Positions 1 through 12,500 of a DNA stretch of 64,000 bases are shown here, in pieces (within the stretch, counting starts at the first letter, position 1; the number at the start of each line of letters is the position of its first letter). The position numbers and the translations under genes were made by a program. Below the pieces are notes generated by a model. The model was not told the origin of the DNA and did no database searches. It saw only the letters and a program-made list of their open reading frames with translations. This DNA comes from Yuukianura sp. NJ FZ-2021 (lineage: Eukaryota), in assembly GCA_046563655.1 (NCBI GenBank), contig CM102284.1, positions 2,852,001 to 2,916,000 of the forward strand, in the 5' to 3' direction.

Positions 1-562
1 TGATTTTCTTTAACAGGTTGGGGAATAAACTCTTTTTTTTTCTTTTTTTTTTTTGCAAAAAAGGCGTCCCTTCATTTCACAGCATCGTAGTCATAACAAT
101 AAAGCGGAATTTTGTATTTGGTACCAATTTTTTCAATTTTTTGGATTTGTACTAAAATTGGTAGTACCAATTTTTGTTTCTAAGGTTTTTTAGATTCGTT
201 CCCTACATACCTAAATAACCTTCGGTGACGAAGCTTCCTCCAAACCAAAGAATATAAAAAATTATTCTATTTTTCAAAAGCTTTTATTGAATTCAAAATG
301 CAGTGTGTGACTTGAAATAAAATAATTTGTTTAATAGGATGTTAATAAAATTCGTATCAGATTGCCAGTGACAATAAAGTTCAAAGCAACACAAGGAACA
401 ATTAACAGCGGCCAATTCAATTATGCTAATCAATAAATCAAGCAAAGCACAAGCTATAAGGCAAATGGAAAATTCTGATCAAACAACCTTTCTCTTTTGT
501 TTTTGTTGCAGTTATGCCCTACTAGTAGCTGTGGAATTTTATTCACACGAACCAAACTGTTC

Positions 563-3500
563 CTACTCTTCGTTTCGCCTTTGATTTTTATTTTCAATAT
601 TTCTAGCCTTCTCAACCTCGTACACGTCTCTCCTCGTGTTGACAAGTTCAACCGCTTTTTCAATCGCTTGTCGAGCTTGCTGTGGAGTAGTGGTGTAGCG
701 CTCTTTGCCACCTAGTATTCCCTCGATAACATGTTTCTGGTCCTCAAGAAGTTTATGCGCAATTCGTTCAGCTCGTATTGGGTACGGAGTGGAGTAAACA
801 GTGTTTAGGTCGTAGACATGGTCATCATCTGTGTTACGCGTGTTTTTGTTGGCAACTCCTTGAACATATGTCTTGGGGTCTTGAACAGTTCTTCCTATCT
901 TGATTGCTCCCTCGTCAATGCCTTGGTGCGTATAGCTGTACAGCGATCCCTTCTCGGTTTCACCAGGACTTAGAGGCTCGTCCAAGATTTTTTCTATTTT
1001 CCTCATTGTTTCGTCTGAGATTACTAAATCGCCACCCGCAGCGTCTGCTTCATTCCGCTTTTCTGCCAATTCGGCTTCACGTTGTAGCTGCTGTCCTCTA
1101 ATGGATGATTTTCTTATTTCGCGCTCTGTACCACCCACCATTAAAAATTTAGAGGCCTCTTCCGGATACCTATCCTTCATCCACTGCTCATTGTTATGAA
1201 TTTTCTCAAAGGTGGCGCCACTCTTTAGAACAACCCCAGCCGTTTCAACACGCATCTCCTCTACACTTTTTCCTGCTAGGTGCCCAAGGACTGCATAACC
1301 ACAGTCGGCTCCCGTGCTGGTGATATCGACAAACCCAGATCCGTCGTTGGTTTTGAGACGGTAGTGTCCCACTTGCTCTCCAGGGGGCGGTGGTTCATAA
1401 ACAATTACTTGACAACCGGAGTCAATTTCCTCTTGCGTTTGTTTGTAGTTGGGATCCTCAACAATTTTTACGTTCAAGCCTTCAGCATTTGCTGCCACAA
1501 TCATCAAGGCAATGTCGGCAGGAGCACCGTCGAGAGCGGCTAGAGCAGTTTCGGCTGTCTTGGAAGACACTGGAGCCCCTTCACTGTTGCCAGAATTGAC
1601 TTGTTCTGCGGCCTCTCTCGCAAGTATTGCTGTGTCTCTTCGCTGATAAGCAACAGTGTAGTCCTTTGCGTTTGCAAATATTTGGCTAGCGATTGTGACC
1701 GGTTGGTCATTTTTGGCAAGAAATTCCTTTTCTTCATTTGTTAACATACTTGGATCTTTTTCTTTCAACTCTTTTACTCTGTTTTGGTCTGCTCCACTCT
1801 CCGCTTCGTTTACGAGAAACGCTTGTTGCAATTCCGCTGAAAGTTTGCCAATAATTTTTCCGCCAAGTTTTGACATGGTCGGAGAAACCAAGTGACTGTT
1901 GGCTACTTTGATTATGTGACCGGTGATGAGGTCTACAACACATCGTTTGATGATGCTCAAGTCACTCTGTGACGCAGTTTCAAACGACTTTTGAAGTTTC
2001 TGCAGTTTTTCGAAAAACTCTTTTACGTTTTTATCAGATGGTTTTGCAATCAACTCAAAATCGGTTTCTCCACCAGGCTTAAGTTCAATTTCGCCTGCTT
2101 TTTTCTCAGCTTCATCTCGACTAATTTGAAAGTGGGTTTGGAATTGGAGGGTAAAATTAATCTGATCTTCTGCTAGTTTGGACCGAATTTGATTGAAAAC
2201 CTTGTCAATGGCTTCATGGATCTTGTAAATTCCTTGAACGGCGCCGGCAAACGCTATTGGCGCGGAAAAGGCGCCTCCTATGAAGTTCGGATTGGAGAAA
2301 ATGCCTGTGCAGAGTGGAGCACCAACAGTGTCCCAAATATCTCCTTTTGGATTTGTTGTAGCAGAGACAATTCCTTCAATTTTTGCTTTTAGTTGACCTC
2401 CGCCTGAACTCTTTTTGTAGTTATCCAGTGCCCAGAACTTACTGAGCAGGCGCCGCAGTTCTGCGTTTCGAAAATGATCTTCCACTCGAATTCTTACCTC
2501 CGTTGCAATTGTTTCTCTCAGTTGTTCAAAACAGAAATTGGTCAAATTGTCCGTTAAAGCCTTGAGGCCAATTCGGCCAACGTTTTCGCCGGCTGAAACT
2601 GCAATGGTTTTGACGGCCAATGAACTTAAGTTTTGGCCACTTGCTGTGACAGTTGCAGTGAAAACTTGTTCTGCGGCAGCTTCCGTTGCTTTTTTGGTTA
2701 CAGTTTTGCCAAGCATCTGAGCTCCTTTGGCTCCATCTTTCAAACTGCTCAGTCCCAAAGAAAACGCGGAGATGGCCAAGCTCACAGCTTTTTGCTTTCC
2801 ATATGACGACCAATCGAGTTGACGCGACTGATATGAAGTCCAAGCATAAGTGAAGTCTGACATTCCTTCTGTAATGAGCGACATGCCAAAAGAGGCGCCA
2901 AAACCAGTCGAAATCAAAAACCCGCCTGCGGCTACTTGTAGAGCTGCGAGTGCACATAACGATGCAATGCTGATCCATGGAATAAACATGTCTTCTGAAA
3001 ATGAAATTAGAATAGAGAGCCCTCTAGCGGATAACTGTTGAATCTCGGCCAGTGGAAGACAGTCTTTCATGTACATTTCAAGCAGTTGCTGAGCCTTACT
3101 CTGCTTCATATCTTCTTGTCTGAGGTCTGCATGTGACAGAAGGTCTTGGGCACTTTTGAAAGTCAATCCAGTTACGTCCATGGTGAATCCAATGTTTAGA
3201 TTTCTTAAAAGCGGAATGACGGACCGTGCAATAGAGTCGCTCAGATCCTGGAGTCTGATCACGTTTTGCTGATAACATGACAACAATGTCAGCCAGGATT
3301 TCAAAAGTTCTGCCTTATTTTTCTCGATGCCATTCAAACTCAAGTTGTAGCTGCTGACCCCTGACACGCTCTGACAAATTTTGGTGACCTCGTTCAAAAT
3401 CTCTTTCGATCGGAGGTCAACGCATTTGACAGAAATTAGGGATTGTCCTATACTGGTGAGTTGAGTCGATCTTTTTGTTTCATCTGAGCTTAAAATTTGT

Positions 3501-6500
3501 GTGGTGACCTCTTCTGGTGATTTGGCTCCAACAGATTTAAATTCAACACAAAGTCCAAGCGCATTAAATTTCGGATCGCTGACCAATTTTACAAGATTTT
3601 TCGAGGGACCGATGACCTCTAGGTCAAATGAGGTCACTTTTGCCGATAGCAGTTCCAGTTCAATCAGCGATTTGGTACTTTCTGGAAGCAGTTCGAGTCC
3701 CAAAATGTCAATGGAAAGCTTCGCTTCATTTTTGGACCACAATTCTTGGTCCAATTCCTTACTGTCAAGGATTTTCGCGAGGTCACAAGATGCACAGTTG
3801 AGGTCAACTTTGAACTTGACTCCGCTCCACCACTTCTTTACGTCCATTGGAACTCTTCCAGCTATTCTGCTCTCTCCTTTCAGATTTAAAGTTTGGATGG
3901 CTTGGTCAACACTGCCCATATCAGACAGGACAGCGAGGTCTCTAAACGTAAATGAGAACTGGTCAAAATCTTTCCACTGTTTGATTGACCTGGTACCTCC
4001 ACGTATCAACGTATTCGGCATCAAAACGGTTACACGTTCATATATGTCCGTGTTTTTCGTTTTTGAATGTTTGTCTACACGAATTCTGGTACAATGGACT
4101 CGTCGAAGTGATCGTTCGATGGCATCGATGTTCATGTTAACAGTGTTAACAAAAGTACCGATGAGGTTGGACTTTTCCGTTAGTTGACAGAAGAGTGGCG
4201 ACTGGTCGTCTGAGAGTTCCTGGCGCTCAACCAGCGACTGCGCAACAGTGATCATAGCCATTTCGTCATACAGCAGCGCAAGAGCATCACGGTATAGCCC
4301 GACTGCCTCCTCTTTGTATTCTCCTTTGGCAAGTCTTAAGGCAACAGAAGCCAAACCAACAATTCCACCAGCGGCAAACTGCCTGTCAAGGTCAACAGCT
4401 GTTTGAAAGTACAACTTCGCTTTTTCAAAGTCTTTTCCTTGGTAGTACTCGTGATGTCCAAGTTGGATAAAATAGAAACAGTTTTTGCCGCATTTGAGTA
4501 AATTGAATATGCCAGAATCAACTTCGTTTTGCATGGAAGATTCAAATTCTTCAAAAGCTGGAAGAGAGTTTTCCAACGGAATGATTCCATCATCAACTTG
4601 GCGTAGGAACATGGCCCACCTCTCTTCTACGGATTGAAGGACAGTTGTTTCAAATGGACCGAGTTGATCCCATCCAAATTGTTCTTTGAGATTTCCAAAC
4701 CAACCGCACTGTTCTTTTAATTTCGAGCGCAAACGACTGTAAAATGAACAAAACTTTGAAAAAAGTTCGTCATTTCGCTGAATTGATGGAAATTCTTTGG
4801 ATTCAAAACTTCCGAGCACTTCGGCTTCACCGGCATCTCGCTCGTGTCGAGGATCAACTCCTTTTGCAATTGTGGTTGAAGTTGGTACGCAAATTATAAG
4901 CTGTCCGCTACCTGTTTTTGGAAGTAAAAAAAAGTTTTAAAAAGATTAGAAGAAATATTAACGTGTGATGCAAAATTGTTGTAGTAATAACGATAATTAG
5001 TATAGAATTACCTTTATTTCCTTGGCGCGAAGTTCTTCCGAAAGCTTGTTCTTCAATCCTTTGACTCTGTGGAAGAAAAGTGAGACAAACATGTAGGCCC
5101 CCCTTGCCTTCGATTTCAAGTGTCTTAATGTCCGTTCCTCTTCCCGCCAAATTTGTGGATACAATGACATCTCCTGGATGAATTCTCTCAATTTGAGTTT
5201 CGCTTTGACCTTCATCGCTGTTTTTGGTGTAGACTTTGACCTTGACCTTCGTTGTACTTAGTGCTTGGCTGACAAGTTCCGCTTTGGCAATTGTTTCACA
5301 AATGACCAGCACTCCTCTTCCTTTTCCAGTTTCCTCCAAAGTAGAAATGACAATTTCCCGCATCCATTCCTCTTCTGAGTCCACGACAATATCCGGAAAT
5401 TGTCTGTAGCGTTTGAACTTTGTTTCCGGTAAAGTCAAAAGCTAAAAAACATAAAACAGAAGCAATGATGGGAAACTTAAAAAAAATGGAGAAATCATAA
5501 TTAATGCACAGCATTTTTTCAGCACAGATCATGTACCTTAACGTTGTAGATTCTGTACATAACTTCTCTGCCCTTGGTTGACCCCAATGTCCCCGTGAAC
5601 CCAACGACATTTGACCCGTATTTTTTGAACATGGCCAAATTTGATAGGAAATTTGTAGTAACCGTCTCCGGTTGAATTTTTAGTCCATGCTTCAATCCCA
5701 AAAATTGATGAAGCCCGTTGTTCCAATTGGTGTTACCCTGGACAACTCCTGTAGTCTGAAAGTCAACTGGTTTTATTTGACCTTGGTCGACAATGTAATG
5801 CACGTTTTCCTCATATGCCAATGCCGACAAGGCACTGTCCACCCACTTGGGAATTTGGGCCATTGCAAATGGTTGGAGAAACAGCGGTAGCTTGACGTTA
5901 GCTGACTTGGATGCTGCATCTGGATCAATTAACGCCCTCGCATAGTTCACAAGATGATCTTTGATGTAAGTTTCAACGGATTCAATGGGATGAATCCTCG
6001 CTGCGGCCAAATCCTGATTGGTTATGATGTAACCAAACAGATTGTCTATTCTTCTGGTTTTATTTGTAGTTTGGTCAACATAGTGGTAAATTGGTGCTCC
6101 AGAAGTTTTGTCCTTAGACAGTTGGCCTTCGAGATAGTAGAAATCTTGCGCAATAGAGTAAAGATGTGTTTTGAGATACCCAATACGATCCCAAAGGAAG
6201 TGGTAGATGATTTCCAGAAGGTCCATCCCGGGTAGAGTAGAGCTTAACCGCGCCAGCTTCGAACTGTCATCAATCAACATTGCATCAACTTCATCGACAA
6301 TGGCAAAGTCTGGTACTCGGTATCCCATTGTTCCGAGATCGCTGTACTTATCTCTCAAGAAATCGAATTGAAACTGAGAACATTCGCCATAGACAATGGA
6401 ACGACGGTAACAAGTTTTTTCACCTTTGACATATGAATTTCCCTTGTCCCCATTGTGGTCACATTGGATTCCAAAAATGTCGTAAAATTTTTGCCATTCT

Positions 6501-9500
6501 TTTGCATCACGTTCTGCCAGAACAGGGCTGCTAGTGTAAACATCTACGTTGTGACCTTCCAGTGCTTTGATTACTGACAATACGGCAATTATCGCAGACT
6601 TCCCGGAGCCAGTCGCCACCTATTGATAAAACAACATTAACAAAACCAATTAACGTTTTACCATCGAATATCCTGGTTAAAATATCGAACTAAGTGTTGG
6701 AAATTATCGTAAGGTGTGTTGGTAGGTGGAATGTGGTAGATAAAATGTAGAATGACGTAGATTTAACGCGTTATGTATTAGATGGAATGTGGTAGATAAG
6801 ATGTAGTATGTAGTAGGTGTAATGCTGTAGTATATGGAATGTGGTAGATAAAATGTAATATGTGGTAGGTGTAAATGCTGTATGTAGTAGGTGGAATGTG
6901 GTAGTACAAATATGGTAGGTGGTATGTTTAATGTGGTATGCACTATAGTGCATACTACATTAAACATACTACCTTACCCATAAACTAGTTTATGGGTAAG
7001 GTGTAGTAAACGGAAGGTGCTTTACATTAGGTAATCGGTGGAAGGTAGTTTACAACAACCAAACTAAACTGTTGCGAACGTTATATATGTCATATATAAA
7101 CTTCGGGTTGGCTAACCTGTTGTAGTTGACCTTTGCCTTGATCTTTTTCTAATTTTTGAAGCGCCAACAGACAGGACAGTATCTGAACGTATGTTAGGTC
7201 GAAATTTCTATGAAGTTTCATCGCCTGCTTTGCCACAACCATCGCCTCCAGGTAGAATTCATTTTTAGAAACTTCTTCGGCACCATCTTTAACTCCAAAG
7301 TTTCGGTAGCGCAGGCGACTTGCTTCTTGTGTTAAGCCTTTCACGGCTTCGGTTGTTTCTTCGGAAGCTTCCATTGTATTGCAAAGTAGTTTTGCTTCAT
7401 CTGCCACAGCTTGAATTGAGTTATCCAAAATTCCATTCCGTTTGTACAGATATTTTACCGCGGTTGCCCAGGCATGAATACTCGAAATGTCCCAGTCACA
7501 AATTTTTGTTTCTTCAAATACAAGCGGTTTGTAAATTTTACTGAAAGTGTCTCCGTTTCGGACTTGCAAAATTTTCAATTTCAAAAAATCGTACTGGTAG
7601 CCCGCTTTTGCAAATCTTTCTCTAAGACTACTCCACTTATAGGAGGTTCTAGAATTGGCCAATCGAAACTCTTTGACGATTTGTTCTAAGTCTTTTGCTC
7701 CGTATTTTCCATCAAACACGCTTTCGCTGATCAGCGTATCGACCAGGGAAATTACGTTTTTCGACTTTTTCTCAGTTTCAAGAGCTGTGACAATTTTTGT
7801 AAACAGACTTGGGGTGACCTTGTACTGACTTGCTTGAAAAATGGTGTGCTCAAAAGCTTTGTGAACGGCCAATTTATTTCGCTCGGTTTTGTTTTTTTCA
7901 ATAGTGAGGTCCAGGAGCTTACGTAAATCCGCCACCAAAATACCATTGGACAGAATCATCTTCAAAATTCGTTCAATTCTTGGTTTTCTGGGCGTTCCTG
8001 GTGGCAGCATGCTCAAGATGATTTGCGTTTCAACCAAAATTTTTAGTTCATCCGGTGTGAAATGGCGTGGTTTCAATTTTGGTTTTAAACTTGAAAGTAT
8101 TCCTGCAACTTTTTCTTTTGTTACATGATTTTCAAAACAGGAAATAAGTGCTTCAAGACTGGACACATTTTGAATTTGTGTGAGGGAACCGCCAAGGGCC
8201 ATGGCCATGTCGATGCCCACAATTGATACGAGTCGTTCTGAGAATATTTTGATAACAGCGGGCGAAATTTGAACTTGGAATTTGCTCTCAAGCAGTCGAA
8301 CAAGCAGAATTTCTTGAGTTTCTTGTTCCCAGTTTTTTTCAAATTCGGGATCTTCCAAAACGTTCAGCGTCTCCATTGGGGTAAGTTGTGACAGTGTAGT
8401 CAAAAGGACAGGAACCAAAGACTTTGGAATTTGAGTGCACTTGAGTGAAAGTGTTTGTAGAAAGTAAAAGAACGCTTTCTCAGGACATTTTGAACCAATG
8501 TCATCCAGTAACCCTTGCATTCGAATTTGCTCGTCAATTGAATTTGTGAAGGTAGAAATAAAATTGGATCTCAAAAGAATTTGTCCCCAATCGTCTCGAT
8601 TTTTTCCGCGCAAAGATTTGAGGTCCCAATAGTTGAGGCTGTAGAGAAAATTGAGAAATTCTGCAACAAAAGTTGTATCTTGTGCCAATTCCTTTTCAAT
8701 TACAACTGGATCTTCCGTATCAAAAATTTCACCGAACGTAATATACGCAAGTTCTTCCATATTTAGCATAAAGTCATGCTCAAATTTTTCAATTTCCTTC
8801 AATTCGTCCTGTTTTTTCTTGTCCACTTTCAAATTTTTTACTGGAAGACTGGAAAGTGCTTGCATACTGAGTTTGCGAAGAATTCCCGTTTTTGCATTTC
8901 CCGCCCCTTTGAGCTCTTCTGTCATCAGTTGAACACAGTCGTAAGTGATAAAAGGCTTTCCAATGTCACTCTTACATAGGACTGAAAATGTTTCCAGAAT
9001 TTCAGCTTTTCGTTCAATGGAACATTTTTTTTCGGTGTAAGTTTTGGTCAAGGCGCGAATCAATCTTTTAAATTCTCCCTTGTAACCGCCCTCAACAACT
9101 TTTCTGTAGGCTTGAAAAACAATCAGTTGAATTTTTGCAGAGGAATCTAGCAGAGCCCCTTCGAGGATTTTTCCTGCCTTGGTTTTGGAACTCTCGTCTT
9201 GTGGTAGCGGGAATTTCAAAATGTGACGTGCTGTAAAATATGCAAGATTTGCCGCGCTTTTAAGTGACCCAAGATCGGTAGATAAGACTTTGTAGAAATG
9301 TTGTTTTCCCATTTTCAAGTTATCCAAATAAGGGCTGACTCCCTTAAGTCCTTTGTCTATTTTCTTTCCTTCCAAGGAACACTCAAATTCAAGCGCTGCG
9401 ACGATGTGTGGGTCGACGACGTTTTGCTGCTTCGGAATTTTCAGAATCAAGTCTTTTGTGAATTCCGTACATGTTTGAAGGTAGTGAACCATTGTGCGGG

Positions 9501-12500
9501 AAAATTTGAATCCGTGGTCAAGTATACTGTGGAGTATACTTTTAGTAAGCAATCGAACCTTCTCAAAGTCTGAGTTGTTCACCATAGCAAGCGTTACAGC
9601 TTCGTAGGTAGCAGTTGGAAGCTTTGTTTTTTGAGTATAGTCACTCAGAATCTGAAGTGCTTGAAGTAAGACGTCTGAATTTTGATTGGTGGAGAGCAGA
9701 ATCTGCATTCGGGTTTGACATGGTCCACTTTGGAAGAAGTCGTGGTCTTGCATTTGGAGCAAAAATGGAAGATCAGCTAGGAATTCTTTATCTGTTTTGT
9801 TTTCTAGGTTGGACAATTTGAGCGTTGCTTGAAGTCCCAAAGGCAATTTTTTCTGGGTTGACAAAAATTCGGCGATTGACGCCTTGACGGAAGCGGAAGA
9901 AGCAGGACGTCTTTGAATTTGAGCGAGAAGTTTGAAATCTGAATCGTCACAAAATGGCGCTAGAAAACAAAATTCAAAGCGTTAATTGTGTAATTTTAAT
10001 TTTTTTGTATTGTTTAAGAGTGTCGCCATGCATGATTACATTTGTTATAAAATTACATCAAAATTAATATTTTCTCAAGTATAAATTCATAATTCCAGAC
10101 TCTTCCAAAACCGTAAAATTTCTTAAACATTTTCACATGAATAATCTTACCGGCATAATTGGCGTTGTTTTCTCCACCCGTCGCCTTGTTAAGGGCAATA
10201 AATCCATGTAGACCTGTTTCCAGTAGTTGTCCATTTTCTTCATATAGAGCCATGACAAAAACTTTTTTCAATGTAGCCTTATCCAAGTCTAATTGTTCTC
10301 CACAGTTAACTAAGCTTGAAAGTGCTGCAAGGATTTCAAGACGTTGCCGATGGTTACCGGCATTCTCCGGAATAAATCCTTGGCAGAATTTGCTCATCAC
10401 TTGCTCAAGCTTTGAAAATTTTCGGTTGTTTTGAAGAAGTTTTGTAAGAACTGCAAGAATTGTCTGGTTGACCTCATCCGTGTTAAAGATTGTAGCAAAT
10501 GACTGAGAGCAAAATTGGGAAATGAGTTGATCCAAATAAGCTGGCGGCAGAGTTTGATTGTTGTCAACCAGCGCCAGAGCAATTTTTGCCAGAGTTTTGA
10601 CATTCTTTTGGCGTTCAAAAATGGTTTCAATAATTTCCGCAGACAGTGTTTGACCATTTTCAGCAGCAATGGTAAGTGCTTGGAGAGCCTTCTCAGAGTA
10701 GTCCTTGAAGGAGAGACTGGATTCCAAAGCAAAAAGTGTTAGCGGAGACGCCATAATTCCTTGACTGGCAGAGTTCAAAAGTGTTTCAATCAAATTCTGT
10801 TGAACGGTTTTTGAATCCTTGTGTGGCAAAAAATTCTTCATTAATTCTGGAAGTTGAACCGGGCAATTTTTAATTGATTGTGTTTGCAGCAAGAGACGCG
10901 CCGAAGCAAAGTCGAGGTCAAAATTTACAAAAACGTGATCAGCAACATCTTGCCCAAAAATTGCAAACATCATGATCAGAAAATTGGAGTCGTTGTCGTG
11001 CAAATTTCGGAAAATGTGTTCCACTACGTTGTCACTCAATGGGAGCCCAAGCTTCACAGTTAATGCAAAAATAACCTGCAAAAGAAACCAAGATTTTTAT
11101 ACAATTACTGTCAATATTTCGCAATTTTTTCTTCTAAAAGAAGCAGAATTAGTGATAAAAGTAAACTAGAAGAATGTATTTAGAAAACCCGGTTCAAATT
11201 CAATTTCTGTATTGTTAATAAAACATATCTGACGCAAAGTATACATCATAAATTCAAATTCAAATTGAAAAAATGAATTTGCTGCAGGACAGCACAAGCG
11301 TAAAGTAACCCAGCGGTGGCAGATTGAAAACAGTCAAATTACCCGAGTCGAAAGTGGCAACTGTGCTTGGTTAGACAGGAAAATATTTTCCACGGCTTCT
11401 CTACAGTAGTTTGGCACTGTTTTTGGAGATTTTGTAGCTTCCAGTTGTTTCAGAAGTATTTCCAGCGTAGGAGTGACGACACTTTGTGATGCATCAGCAG
11501 TGTCGCTTAAGTTGAACGTCAGAAGCTGGAAGACCAAATCAGTAAACGTCACCAGACTAGCCTGTGCTTCTAGAACAGACAGGATGCATGGGTTGACAAA
11601 CGGTGTAAAATCCTTGTCGTCAAGAATTAATTTTTCGAAACAGTAAACTTGTGCAAGCCAGTTGAGGTCAAACGAAGTCATCGGTTTTCTAGGGAAAATG
11701 AAACTTCATTTAAAATCGTTTTTGTGCTCATAAAGGTTCAATTCAATTTTGTTGTTTTTTTATTTCTTACGACTTGGCATATTCATTCTGAGCAAGGGAA
11801 GTTAAGTAAGCTCCGCGGCAGTGGATCTGGAATGACAAAATATTTTCAAAGTCATTAGAGTTCTTTCCACAGTAAATAAATTAAACGCATAGTATCACCA
11901 CTACGCAAGGATTAAGTAAAAATTCGCAATACAAACTCAAACTCAAACCCAAAAATTGAGCGTTCCAAACAATTCTTTTTTGCTGAAGAATAAAGAATCA
12001 ATTTTTGGAGCTATCAAAACAAACTACACATGCGCGTAAATTTTAAGTTAGTACCTTGACATCTACCACACTTTCCGTTTCTTCTGCAAACGGTTGAAGC
12101 AAAGCGAGTTGTGTTTGGTCCAACGTCTTTCCCGCCATGACCACCGTAAACAAACATTCTGCACACAAAATTCTTGTGTTTTTGTTGCGACTGGACTTTA
12201 GTGCTTCCAAAATATTTGTAAATGTGGTCTCCCGGCATTTGAAATTTGTCATATCCTTGACTTGTTCTTTCAAATAGTGAAGTAAAATGTGTGCAGTCAT
12301 GTGAGACACATAAGTAACACCTTCTTCAGCCGGTCGAAGGTCATCTTCTTTGCCATCACCCTCAGTGCTCAAGTGAACTGTTCCGTACTCGTCAACTGTA
12401 TCTTCCTTCATAAGTCGGAAAGACAGAAGATCAGCATTGGGGATTTTGATTTCATTTGGAAACTTGATGACCAAGTTGCCCAAAGAAACTAAAATGAGAG

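Noticed and set aside
3501-4187. 228-aa plus-strand ORF and other antisense ORFs over long exons
   Set aside because: These are shadow frames opposite real coding exons, with no independent features.
4908-6619. Bacterial secA from contamination or an endosymbiont insert
   Set aside because: It is split by canonical spliceosomal introns and fused in frame to long non-SecA regions.
6704-6967. His/Thr/Tyr-rich ORFs
   Set aside because: They derive from an intronic low-complexity repeat.
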